From Paraspadella gotoi (taxonomy: Eukaryota > Animalia > Chaetognatha): a stretch of 64,000 nucleotides of DNA. Every line of letters begins with the position of its first letter. The first letter of the stretch is position 1. Below, piece by piece: positions 39,466-52,552 of the stretch. The notes beneath the pieces were generated by a model. The model was not told the origin of the DNA. It was given only the letters and a program-made list of their open reading frames with translations, and made no database searches. The stretch lies in contig CM119267.1 of NCBI GenBank assembly GCA_051294375.1, positions 2,223,869-2,287,868 on the forward strand, written 5' to 3'. The position numbers were made by a program, and so were the translations under genes.

Positions 39466-39667
39466 CAGATTTTCGAAACGCCCTAGTAGATTCCATTTAA
39501 TTATTCTGTTTCTTATTTTATATATTCTTTTTAATATTAAGATTATACCTTCTTTAATTTTATTTTGCTTAATTTTAATTTATCATTCATTCCTTCACTT
39601 CTTAAAATTAAACTCCCACCTCCCCGCCACGCCCACCTGCCACGCCTGCCACGCCTGCCACGCCCAC

Positions 39668-39825
39668 CTGTAATTTCCCGCGTCTTCGATCTTCACGTCA
39701 CGAATGACGAGGACGTAGTTTTTCTCTTTTCGACGAAATTCGTATTTGTCTGTGTTGACGGAATTGTCGGCGGCGTCTCGACCGTTGAGGGTGAGGATCT
39801 TCGTGTCGNNNNNNNNNNNNNNNNN
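39668..39825 (-). CDS. IgSF receptor exon 2: V-set Ig1 core (…DTKILTLNGRDAADNSVNTDKYEFRRKEKNYVLVIRDVKIEDAGNYR)
   Basis: L-x-I-x-x-V-x-x-E-D-A-G-x-Y-x-C is completed by splicing AG|GTGGGC to exon 3. The 5' end lies in an N gap; the mirror copy 51311-51468 supplies acceptor ctcctccag. Confidence 0.9.
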
Positions 39826-42800
39826 NNNNNNNNNNNNNNNNNNNNNNNNNNNNNNNNNNNNNNNNNNNNNNNNNNNNNNNNNNNNNNNNNNNNNNNNNNN
39901 NNNNNNNNNNNNNNNNNNNNNNNNNNNNNNNNNNNNNNNNNNNNNNNNNNNNNNNNNNNNNNNNNNNNNNNNNNNNNNNNNNNNNNNNNNNNNNNNNNNN
40001 NNNNNNNNNNNNNNNNNNNNNNNNNNNNNNNNNNNNNNNNNNNNNNNNNNNNNNNNNNNNNNNNNNNNNNNNNNNNNNNNNNNNNNNNNNNNNNNNNNNN
40101 NNNNNNNNNNNNNNNNNNNNNNNNNNNNNNNNNNNNNNNNNNNNNNNNNNNNNGTCGAGGTTGTGAAGCGGTGAATGTGTCCCAAGCGTCTCCGTTCCAG
40201 AGGACGACAGAGGGCGTGAATAATTTCACAGTGAAACTGGGTACTCGAGAATCAGTGAGACAGTGGGAGCGAGGATTGATTTGGGGTCATGTGATGGTGA
40301 TTGTGATGTGATTGTGAAGAGATTGTGATGTTTCACCGAGGTGACTCCGTCACATAGAGGTGAGTGGCGCGTCAATGCTTCAGCGCGAAATGAATCTTCG
40401 GTCATCATAAAAGAAAATCGTTTCGCGTTTCTTTCTTATTTCTTTTCTTTTCTTTTCTTTTCTTTTCTTTTCTTTCTCAAGCGCAAGACTACATCTCTCT
40501 CAGAGAACAACAGTGTCAAGGCGGAACGACGCGTGCTGTAAAGGCTCGATTTCTGCTCCTACGTCAAGCCCATCCCCACAAGATGATCATCATGTACGCC
40601 GTGGAGATTCTCAACTGCAAAGTCGAACAAGCAGCTGGCGCAAAATCCCTGGAACTAACATGCAAACCGACAGTCCTGCGGAACAAACGTGTTCGTCTTG
40701 CGTTACTTGCCCGAGACGAATCGCCTGCGCCTCGCGTGTACCTAGCCGCGCGGCGCATAGTTGGACGGATCCCCGCTGCCCAAACCGGCCGCATTGGGTT
40801 TCTTATTTGTCGAACGGGGCGACGGAGGAAGGGACGTGGGCTGAGAAATCGGGCACGCACGTGGGCTTCCACTCTACTCCCAGCCAAAGGCCGCTGATCG
40901 GAACGCTCGAGGCGTCCGTCGAAGAGGCCAAGCCAACGGCACATGGCAGCAAGCAAAAGGCCGAAGGAGCATCGCACACGTCGGGCAAACAGAAATTGGC
41001 GGCCGGTTCTCCCGCGGCTTCGGGAACTTTCGAGGCCGGACGCCAAAGCAAGAAGCCGGGCCGGTGCGGGAGGTTTCCCGCCTCCGGGCGTCAGGGACGC
41101 CGGCGACTTGGAAACTGCGTCGAGTGCGGCCGTCTTCCTCACCTGCAGGGCGCCCTTGGCCGCGCCGCTCTTACGGCCTGAGAGAAAGAGAAAGAAGAAA
41201 GGAGGAGCGATTTCCGGCGGCCGAAGCGAGAATCAAGAGAACGCATTCGCCTTCACCTTCCCGTCACCGCGGCGCTCGTAAAGAGCGAGGACTCGGGACC
41301 AGCGCGCGGGCGAAAGCCGCGGCGGCCCGATCTCGCTCTTCGATTCGAGTTTCGCAGGTCGACGGGCCCGCCGCGAAAGCAGCCTCACCAACCGTTCGTC
41401 CGCCGACAGCCGTGGCCACACCATACCTCACCTCTCGCCTCCAGTCGCCAAGGTCGCACTCCCCTCCGGCCCAGCGCCCAAACTGCCCGCATCGTACCTC
41501 GGAGCTCCTCGCCGTCTCCGCGAAGCCGCGTCCAAACAACGGCCGTCGGATCGGCGGGGCCGATGGCGAGGCAGCGAATTCGCCATCGCCGAGTCGTTCG
41601 CCAGTCGAAGCGGAAGAGAAACGCGTCTCATCGACAAAGACACCCAAGGAGGAGACGGCGGCGGCATCATCGCTTCTCGCAGCCGGGCGAGATTCTGTAT
41701 ATACTTATAGATCGACGATGCGGAGCGAGTTTCGGTCGAAAATCCAAGGGAACGGCATCGATTCATCCCGGGTCGGCGAACAGCCCCGGTCAAGCATGCG
41801 TAAGGACAAAGACGGCCTGGGCCCGAGATACCGGGATCTGAAGTGCGTACGGCGTCGGTGGGGTTCTCTTCCGCGTCCCGGGGCGGAGGCGGCTTGATCA
41901 GGCTCCTTCGCAAGAAGCCCCTCGCGTTCTCCGATTTCGGATGGACGATTATTCGCCGACCATACAAGAAAAAATCCCTCCAAAAAGTCCTAATTACAAG
42001 GGAGAAAGATCGATCGTAATAGAGACGGAGGAACGTTCCACTCTTCCTCCCAAAGAAAAAGTCTCATCGGCAACGGACATCTCGAAGGAGCGGGAGCCCG
42101 TTACGGAGGGCGAGACGGCGATTTACATGGGCGTCGGTGGAGCGGGGACCCCCGGGTTACTCACAGGGATGACTTCTATGTCAAGGCACAAGCGGGTGCG
42201 AAGCTCCGGAGGGACTGCACGCACAAAAAAAAAAAACCCACGGGATGCTGGAAAGCGGTGGGAATCGAACGTGGTCCTTCCTGAGAGAAAGAATACCTGC
42301 GGAGCGGAGAGAACGGGCAAAGACGACTTCCCCTACTCCTATCCTCCCACCCCTGACACACCTCACAAATTTACCGACTTTCCATCGCCGCGCTTTGTCT
42401 CTTCCGTTCCTCTTTTTCTCCTTTCTTCTTCCGCTCTTTCCTCCCTCGTTCGCTTTGCGCTCTCCCCTTTTTCTTTTAGCTCTCCTCCTCCCTCAAAACT
42501 CCAAGACAGCGTCCGCCGACTCTACAGTATTCGTCGTTGGATCAAGGTGATTGACCCTCTTTTTGTTTATCCCCTTCTTTTCTTTGTGTCTCATATATAT
42601 ATATTATTTTTTTTCCATCAGATTTTCATTTTGATCTTTATATTTAAAACGATGCGCGAAGAAAGCTTAAGTCCGGACTTTTGGCGTTCGCGCCTTATTT
42701 TTTCCCCCGTTCTCTTCTCTCTCTTTATGCAACGACCTTAAATAATTGTAATTTTGGGCAAATCGACCTAAACATCTCTGCTCTCAATCCGGACACCTAA

Positions 42801-43059
42801 CATATCTCTTTAAACCTTTATAGGCCGTTATAAAATGAGAAATTTTCTAAAAAGACGAACGCACTTTTGTTACCTAGACAGAGCCGGCGTCACACCACTT
42901 TCTCTTCCAACCAAGTATTTAAATGCTCCAAATCCGCTCTATTCATTAAATTTAGAGAGCAGAAAATTTCTCTCTTCTCCCCAGAATTCGCCCACGACTC
43001 AAGCCAACTCCTTCGCCCCAGCCTGCCCATACCGCACAGCTCCCCCCCTGCATCCCCAC

Positions 43060-43369
43060 CCACGTGATCCACGCCCCCAGCCCCGCGGGCATCGACGAAT
43101 CGATGAGCCAACTGTAGCCCCGTCGGACATACCCGGTCCGAAAACGTAGATTTGGGTGCAAGGTGCTTGAGATGGCCTCGGTGAGGGAGAGGANNNNNNN
43201 NNNNNNNNNNNNNNNNNNAGGAGGAAGAGGAGGAGGAGGGGGCGAGGGGGGCGATGGCACCCCTGGGGGCAAAGTTTATTCCCTGGCGACCGACGCGTAG
43301 TGAGAGAAGATGATGATGACGATGATGAGGACGATGTTGTTTTGAGAGTTGGTTTCGCCCTCAGCGGTA

Positions 43370-43401
<32 letters not shown>

Positions 43402-43947
43402 NNNNNNNNNNNNNNNNNNNNNNNNNNNNNNNNNNNNNNNNNNNNNNNNNNNNNNNNNNNNNNNNNNNNNNNNNNNNNNNNNNNNNNNNNNNNNNNNNNN
43501 NNNNNNNNNNNNNNNNNNNNNNNNNNNNNNNNNNNNNNNNNNNNNNNNNNNNNNNNNNNNNNNNNNNNNNNNNNNNNNNNNNNNNNNNNNNNNNNNNNNN
43601 NNNNNNNNNNNNNNNNNNNNNNNNNNNNNNNNNNNNNNNNNNNNNNNNNNGGGAAGGAAGAGAGGGAGAGGGAGGGGAATTGCCGATCAGAAAAGGAGGA
43701 AGGGTGGAGAGGGACGAGTAGTCCTTCAGCGGAGAAGTCGGAGCGCTCTCTCTCGGAGAGGATCGTCGAGAAGAATCTGAAGATCGGCCGAAGATGATGA
43801 CGACGACGACGATGATGATGACGAGTAGAGGAGATTTCTTGAGAAGACGAAGGACGAGGAGAGAGGGAGAGTGGGAGGAGAAATCCAGAAGAGGGAGTGA
43901 CGGAGGAAGATGTCGACGAAATCGCGCTAATCTCCACCGGAAATGAT

Positions 43948-43981
<34 letters not shown>

Positions 43982-44309
43982 CGTCCTCTGACCGGAAGTT
44001 TTTCAGCTGAGCGTCAATTTGTCGTCGGCAGACGTCACCCGTTAAAGCGAAAGACGCGTTTCTTTGCTCCATCTTGAAGCGAACGTCCGCTTCTGCGATG
44101 ACTATTTTCGCTTCTCCGACAGACGTGTCCGCTTCTTCGACGGACCCGTTCGCTCCTGCGCAGCTGTCCGATTCGAGTCTTTCATTTTCCTTTTTAGGTA
44201 AGTTTAAGAGAAGCTTTTTCTCTCTTTCGTTGGAGTTATTTTCGCTCCAGTCAACCACAGTGCTCCTCTTAATCCTTTCCATTTTCCATTTCGCTCCTCT
44301 TAAGTCCAT
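43060..44309 (-). CDS. IgSF receptor putative first coding exon: long low-complexity N-terminal ORF, Leu-rich hydrophobic segment, then Ig1 A-C strands (…VPTGATVGFDCVVPEGLGAWITW)
   Basis: ATG at 44309 follows an in-frame stop, with acceptor tttgtttcag at 44426. The Ig B-strand is read from the mirror copy 50315-50385. Both copies are noisy here and two N gaps interrupt the frame, so the start codon and donor are uncertain. Confidence 0.55.
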
Positions 44310-44478
44310 CAATTCGTTGGCTCCTCGGAGGTAAGTCCCGAGATACTTCCGCTCCTATAAAGACCGAGGGTTTTTTCCCTTCTTAGCTGGGTTCGGAAAC
44401 GGCGCTGCACTCAAGGAAGGAAACGTCTGAAACAAAGATAGAGATGGAGTGGGTATGAGAGTGAGTGGAAGGAGGGGG

Positions 44479-44607
<129 letters not shown>

Positions 44608-45651
44608 TAAAAATGTGAATTGTGAGTTTTGAGATGTTGCTGTGATTTCGACGAGCGAACATTTTCTTGNNNNNNNNNNNNNNNNNNNNNNNNNNNNNNN
44701 NNNNNNNNNNNNNNNNNNNNNNNNNNNNNNNNNNNNNNNNNNNNNNNNNNNNNNNNNNNNNNNNNNNNNNNNNNNNNNNNNNNNNNNNNNNNNNNNNNNN
44801 NNNNNNNNNNNNNNNNNNNNNNNNNNNNNNNNNNNNNNNNNNNNNNNNNNNNNNNNNNNNNNNNNNNNNNNNNNNNNNNNNNNNNNNNNNNNNNNNNNNN
44901 NNNNNNNNNNNNNNNNNNNNNNNNNNNNNNNNNNNNNNNNNNNNNNNNNNNNNNNNNNNNNNNNNNNNNNNNNNNNNNNNNNNNNNNNNNNNNNNNNNNN
45001 NNNNNNNNNNNNNNNNNNNNNNNNNNNNNNNNNNNNNNNNNNNNNNNNNNNNNNNNNNNNNNNNNNNNNNNNNNNNNNNNNNNNNNNNNNNNNNNNNNNN
45101 NNNNNNNNNNNNNNNNNNNNNNNNNNNNNNNNNNNNNNNNNNNNNNNNNNNNNNTCTCTCGTCTCACTTCCACCCGGATTCACTCTCTTTTTAGTGTCGC
45201 TTTTTTATTTATTTATTTATTTTTTCGGTTTCCATGGAGACGCTTGCTCGAGAGAGAAAATGGCGGAGATGCGAGACCGGATTTCCTCCTTTTATTTATT
45301 TTTTTTCTTCCTTTTTTCTTCCTTTTTTATCCTTTTCTTTCACGGCGTTTTCGTGGCATTTCGTTTCATCCTTCTCTCGCGCTCGCTCGCTTTAACTCTC
45401 TCTCACTCTCCCGACTCTCTCCCTTTCTGTCTTTGTTGTTTCCACTGTTTACGGCGATCGGGCCTTATTTCATGCGTTTTTTATNNNNNNNNNNNNNNNN
45501 NNNNNNNNNCGTTTGCTCCAGCCCCCTGATCAGCTCCAATCGCTTCAACCCAGTGGAGGATAAACAAAAACTTCTAATGCTCCAACGCGAAGATGGAAAA
45601 ACGCGGAGCGAAATTTGCGGCCAACGCTCGCTCGAACCGCAAAAAATAATT

Positions 45652-45685
<34 letters not shown>

Positions 45686-46805
45686 GAGGAGAGAGAGAGA
45701 GAGAGAGTCATATAGCTGCAGATCTCTCCCGGAACGCAGCCGTCCACACCGGAGCACGGCGTCGCGGCTGCCGACCGACCTCACTTCTCCTTCCGCGGCT
45801 TCTTCCGGCTCGGATCGGGGAGATTTTCCTCTCTCGATGGGAGTCGGGCTTTCCTTCCGGTCGAAGTCCGAGCCGATCAGGGTGGCGCGGATGCTCTCAT
45901 CTCTCTATCGCTCTTCTCTCTTTTGCTCTCATCTCTATCCGTTGCTTTTCTTGCTCTCTAATTTCTCTTTATTCTTTTTTTTAAAATATAAATATTTTAT
46001 CATCCTCACACTTCTTTATTTGTCAATTTTGGTATTTAATTAGCAAATAAACTGAAATAAAACATAACTTTTAAAAATTTTTACTTATGATAATGTTTTA
46101 TTTATGTATTTTGTTGTCTTTCATTTTGGTTTTATTTAGCAGCGTCAAATAGTAACTACATTTCTTTCATTTATTTTCCTTTCGATTATCAAGACATTTA
46201 ATTTTTTTTTTTAGGATTTTCTTGGATTCATTTTTTTTCTTCTACTTTTCTTTCTTCTTTGGTATTATAATTTTTTTCACTGAAACAACCAATAACAATT
46301 AATTTGAAAATTTTAATATTAAAAATTATTTAAAATGATAAAATATATAAAAAACAATTGATTAAATTATTTATTTCCAATCTTTCTTTCTTTCTTTTTT
46401 TTCTTTCTTTCTTTTTGCCTTCTTTTTTCTCCTTCTTTCTTTCGCGATATCTTTTTCTTTCTTCAATTAATTCTTGCTTAATTTTCAAAAAGGCGCTTAT
46501 CTCGCTAAAAAAAAAACATCCGCAGATCATCGACTTCGCTCGGAGGCAGAGAGAGACGACGTGTAAGAAGAGAGAGAAAGAGTAAGCTCAGTAGCTGCGG
46601 CTCCGCTCGGATCGAATTTGCAAGCCGTCGCGGATCGGAGATAAGGAAGAAGGAAGAGGAAGAGGGTAAGATGAAGCCGAGCGAAAAGTAAGTCGAAGGC
46701 AGGGAGCAGCCGGCTCGGCGCCGCGCGCCGCTGCTGCCCGGAGGCTGCGCTGATACGAAAGGCTCCTGAAGTATACGCCATGGAGAGAGAGATAGAGAGA
46801 GCAGA

Positions 46806-46857
<52 letters not shown>

Positions 46858-47048
46858 CGAGAGCCGCCATTTTGAATCGGAGCACATCATCTCGTTGGTC
46901 GATGAAAAAAGGAGTGGGTGGAGGGACACGCCGCCTTCGGATGTAACTGGGCGAAAATACAGCGAAAACCCGCATCAAATGAAACTTCTCTCTAATCTTC
47001 TTTTCTGCTATATCTCTCCTCTCTCTCTCTCTCTCTCTGCTCTCTCTA

Positions 47049-47080
<32 letters not shown>

Positions 47081-47858
47081 ATCCTCTCTCTCTCTCTATC
47101 TCTCTCTCTCTCTTCTCTCTCCCTCTCTCCTCCATTCCTCCATTATCGGCTCCAAGGAGAACAACAACAAAAGGGAATCAAGGAACTGCGAGGAGGAACG
47201 AGAACGCCATTAGTGGAGGAAAAGGAAGAAAGGGAGGAAAGAAAAGAGATATAAAGCGAAAAAACGGAGGAAAGAAAAGAAATTTATAGAGAAAGGAAAG
47301 AAAAAATAAATATACGGAGAGAGAAAAAAAGGAATAAAAAAAATCTCAGGGAAATACAAGCAGAAAAAAGATGAGTCTGAAATCTTCGGTTCGTTTCGAC
47401 CACGAACCGCTCATCAAACGAATCTAATAAAAAAAACAAGAGTAACAACATGAATTAACAACAACAACTACGAAATACACAACGAACAACGATACCTCGC
47501 ATATCACGTAAGCAATTCTGTCCTTGTGGACGAGATCCCAAAAAGAAAAATCGTAAAATAATAAAATAAAACTTAATGAAAAATAATTTAAAAAAAAAAC
47601 CAAAACGAAATAGTGAGTTGTTGTAACAGAATGCTGTTAACCGACCTGCGGCTGCAGCAACCGGCAAACAGTAAAAAAGCATCATTTTCAGAGGAAACTG
47701 TAGTAGTGAGCATCGAGCAGCTGTGAACGAATTAATATGAATTAATAATATTATTCGGTCCTTTGGTGAGAAAAACAAAAACTCACTGGTTATAAATGAT
47801 GGTTGTGGAAAAAGAAAGAGAGCGAGAGAGAGTCGCTTTTAATGACTAAAGTGTGGGG

Positions 47859-47942
<84 letters not shown>

Positions 47943-48124
47943 GAGAGAGAGAGAAGAGAGTAACGAATTTGTAACGATATTATTCAAGAGAAATCAAATA
48001 TGGAGAAAGGAGGATGAAAATAATATTCAAAAACGCAGTCTTGTAGTAGAAAAAAGCCGTTGAATAACAAAATAACGGAAAACAACGGGAAGGAAAAAGA
48101 AGAGAAGAGAGAGTAGAGAGAGGA

Positions 48125-48182
<58 letters not shown>

Positions 48183-48541
48183 CGAGGAAGAGAGTATAAA
48201 AAACGCATGACAATAAGGCCCGATCGGCCGTAAAACAGTGAAACAACAAAGACAGTAAGGGAGAGAGTCGGGAGAGTGAGAGAGAGTTAAAGCGAGCGAG
48301 CGCGAGAGAAAGGATGAAACGAATGGCGCACGAAAACGGCCGTGAAGAAAAGGATAAAAAAGGAGAAAAAAAGGAAGTAAAAAAAATAAATAAAAGGAGG
48401 AAAATCCGGTTCTGCGCATCTGCCGCCATTTTCTCATCTCGAGCAAGCGTCCTCCCATGGAAAGCCGAACAAAAATAAATAAATAAATAAAACAACGACA
48501 AAACTAAAAGAGAGTGAAATCCGGGTGGAAGTGAGACCGAG

Positions 48542-48594
<53 letters not shown>

Positions 48595-48995
48595 GAGAGA
48601 GAGAGAGAGAGAGAGAGTCTCTATGAGTAGGGGGAGTTGGCGTTGACGTTGTTGACGGAGGGCGAGCGGTCGAAATTAGGACGCCAATCTTTATCGCGCC
48701 TACGGGAAGGGAAGAATCCCTAGCGAGGCCGGCAGCCGGCCGCCAGCCGTCGCGCACCAGCCGCCGAACTCCGCGTCAGCCTTTTAAGCTGACGAGGCCT
48801 AATATTCTTTCGCCTCCAGCTCACCTCCAGTTCGCTTTCCCTAAACTGCCTTACCTTACCAACCAAAAATGCGCGCTCAAGAAAAATGTTTCGCGATCGT
48901 CGAAATCACAGCAACATCTCAAACGTGCACAATTGCACATTTTTTATTTTCATCTCGTCTGCTCGTCTCTTCTCTCTCCTCTCTCTCGTCTCTCG

Positions 48996-49049
<54 letters not shown>

Positions 49050-49535
49050 CCCCTCCTTCCACTCCTCTCATACCCACTCATCTCTATCTTTGTTTCAGAC
49101 GTTTCCTTCCTTGAGTGCAGCGCCGTTTCCGAACCCAGCTAAGAAGGGAAAAAACCTCGGTCTTTATATGGAGCGGAAGTTCTCGGGACTTACCTCCGAG
49201 GAGCCAACGAATTGATGGACTTAAGAGGAGCGAAATGGAAAATGGAAAGGATTAAGAGGAGCACTGCGTTGACTGGAGCGAAAATAACTCCAACGAAAGA
49301 GAGAAAAGCTTCTCTTAAACTTACCTAAAAAGGAAAATGAAAGACTCGAATCGGACAGCTGCGCAGGAGCGAACGGGTCCGTCGAAGAGCGGACACGTCT
49401 GTCGAGAAGCGAAATATAGTCCATCGCAGAAGCGGACGTTCGCTCAGATGGAGCAAAGAAACGCGTCTTTCGCTTAACGGGTGACGTCTGCCACGACAAA
49501 TTGACGCTCAGCTGAAAACTTCCGGTCAGAGGACG

Positions 49536-49566
<31 letters not shown>

Positions 49567-50086
49567 ATCATTTCGGTGGAGATTTAGCGCGATTCGTCGA
49601 CATCTCTCTCCTTCACTCCCTCTTCTGGATTTCTCCTCCCACTCTCCCTCTCTCCTCGTCCTTCGTCTTCTCAAGAAATCTCCTCTACTCGTCATCATCA
49701 TCGTCGTCGTCGTCATCATCTTCGGCCGATCTTCAGATTCTTCTCGACGATCCTCTCCGAGAGAGAGCGCTCCGACTTCTCCGCTGAAGGACTAACTTGT
49801 CCCTCTCCACCCCTTCCTCCTTTCTGATCGGCAATTCCCCTCCCTCTCCCTCTCTTCCTTCCCTCCCTCTCTCTCACCCTCTCTTCCTTCCCCTCCCTCT
49901 CTCTCTCCCTCTCTCCTTCCCCTCCCTCTCTCTCTCCCTCTCTTCCTCCCTCCCTCTCTCTCTCCCTCTTTCTCTCATCCCTCGTCGCTCATAGTTACTC
50001 ACTCTTCTTTCTCGCGTCATCAACTCTGCTTCTCGACGGAGGGCGTCGTCGTCGTCGTCGTCGTCGTCGTCATCTCCGTCTCGTCT

Positions 50087-50120
<34 letters not shown>

Positions 50121-50547
50121 TACCGCTGAGGGCGAAACCAACTCTCAAAACAACATCGTCCTCATCATCGTCATCATCATTCTTCTCTCACTACCGTCGG
50201 TCGCCAGGGAATAAACTTTGCCCCCAGGGTGCCATCGCCCCCTCGCCCCCTCCTCCTCCTCTTCCTCCTCCTCTGCCCTCACGAGGCCATCTCAGCCCAG
50301 CACAAATCGTTTCGGCGGTGCCGACCGGGGCTACAGTTGGCTTCGATTGCGTCGTGCCCGAGGGGCTGGGGGCGTGGATCAGGTGGCTGGGATGAGGGGG
50401 GGAGCTTGTGGATGGGGGCTGTGGGCGAGGGAGTTGGGAGTCGTGGCGAATCTCTGGGGAGAAGAGAGAAATTTTCTGCTCTCTAAAATTTATGAATGAA
50501 GGTTGAGCATTAAATACGTGGAAGAGAAGTGAGTGTGTGTGAGGAGA

Positions 50548-50618
<71 letters not shown>

Positions 50619-51166
50619 TAGAGAGAGAGAGAGAAAATCAAAAGCGATGAAAAGAAAAAGGAAATAGAAAAGAAAAGAAAGAAAAGAAAAGAAAGAAAAG
50701 AAAAGAAAAGAAAAAAAAAGAAAAAAAAGAAAAGAAAGAAAAGAAAAGAAAAGAAAGAAAAGAAAAGAAAAGAAAAGAAAAGAAATAGAAAGAAACGCGA
50801 AACGATTTTCTTTTATGATGACCGAGATCCATTTCGCGCTGGAAGCATTGGCGGCACTCACCTCTATGTGACGGAGTCACCTCGGTGAAACATACAATCT
50901 CTTCACAATCACATCACAATCACCATCACATGACCCCAAATCAATCTCGCTCCCACTGTCTCACTGATTCTCGGAGTACCCAGTTTTCACTGGTGAAATT
51001 ATTCACGCCTCTGTCGTCCTCTGGAACGGAGACGCTTAGGGACACATCACCGCTTCACAACCTCGACGTGAGGGCCGAGGGGGGGGTGGATCAGGGGTCA
51101 GGGGGTCAGGGGTAGGTCACCCATGGGTCAGGTTGTCCGGGTCAGGGATTTGAGAGGTAAGAGAGA

Positions 51167-51202
<36 letters not shown>

Positions 51203-51203
51203 A

Positions 51204-51257
<54 letters not shown>

Positions 51258-52495
51258 TGACAGACAGACAGACAGAGAGACTCCTCTTCATCTCCTCTCT
51301 TCTCCTCCAGGGACGGTGTCAACAACCGACACGAAGATCCTCACCCTCAACGGTCGAGACGCCGCCGACAATTCGTCAACACAGACCAAATACGAATTTC
51401 GTCGAAAAGAAGAAAAACTACGTCCTCGTAATTCGTGACGTGAAGATCGAAACGCGGGAAAATTACAGGTGGGACGTGGCAGGCGTGGCAGGCGTGGCAG
51501 GTGGGCGTGGCGGGGAGGTGGGAGTTTAATTTTAAGAAGTGAAGGAATGAATGATAAATTAAAATTAAGCAAAATAAAATTAAAGAAGGTATAATCTTAA
51601 TATTAAAAAGAATATATAAAATAAGAAACAGAATAATTATAAATGGAATCTACTAGGGCGTTTCGAAAAATCTTCTCTCTTTCTTCTTCTCTCTCTCTTT
51701 CTTCTCTCTTTCTCTCTCTTTCTCTCTCTCTCTCTCTCCATTAGCACCTCGCCTTAAAAATTGTTTATGTGCCGCACCACAAAGGGCAACGCTCGAAACC
51801 CTGACCTCAGTTCCAACCGTTTTTCTCCTACGCCGATCAACTCCGACCAACTCCGACCAACTCCAGCCGACTCGACCAATTCCATTGTCTACTACCGATT
51901 TTTTACCGATTCCAAATCACTCCGACTTATGTTCAGATCAAGACCGACTAATTCCGTCCAATTCTGACCAACTCTAAACCAATGTCAGAGACGGGGAATT
52001 ATGATGTACTCGACCGACTCCGACAAATTCGACCGACTCTGACTAATACGACAGTTCCAATGAACTCCGACCGATCCTATTGTCTCCTACCAATTTTACG
52101 GTTTCCAAACCACTCCGACTGATGCAGATCGAGGCCCGACTACCTCCGGACCGATTCAACCGACTCCGACCAATGCAGAGACGGGTTCTCACCCAGAAGT
52201 GAATCGCCATTATCGCCTTATCACTTTCACTAATCACCATCAACCTCACTATCACCGTCACTAATCATCTTCATCACTATCAGCCTTCTGTTTCAAGCAT
52301 TTCCCATCACCGATCACTCGTTCATTTTTTTTCAATTCGTTAATAAACGAAAAAAAAAAGTTATTTTTTTTAGGATATAAAGACTTTTTAAATTTGAAGC
52401 CAATTTGTAAACAAGGTCATCTCTCTACCTATTATCGCCCTTAAAACATTCGACACATCTTCCATCTCAGCCGATCCATGTACCCTCCTCTCTCG

Positions 52496-52552
<57 letters not shown>

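Noticed and set aside
40154-40235. FHCEII… as an additional Ig exon
   Set aside because: The two copies disagree in frame, and the Ig1 B-strand Cys and Trp are better supplied by the ~43060-43150 segment.
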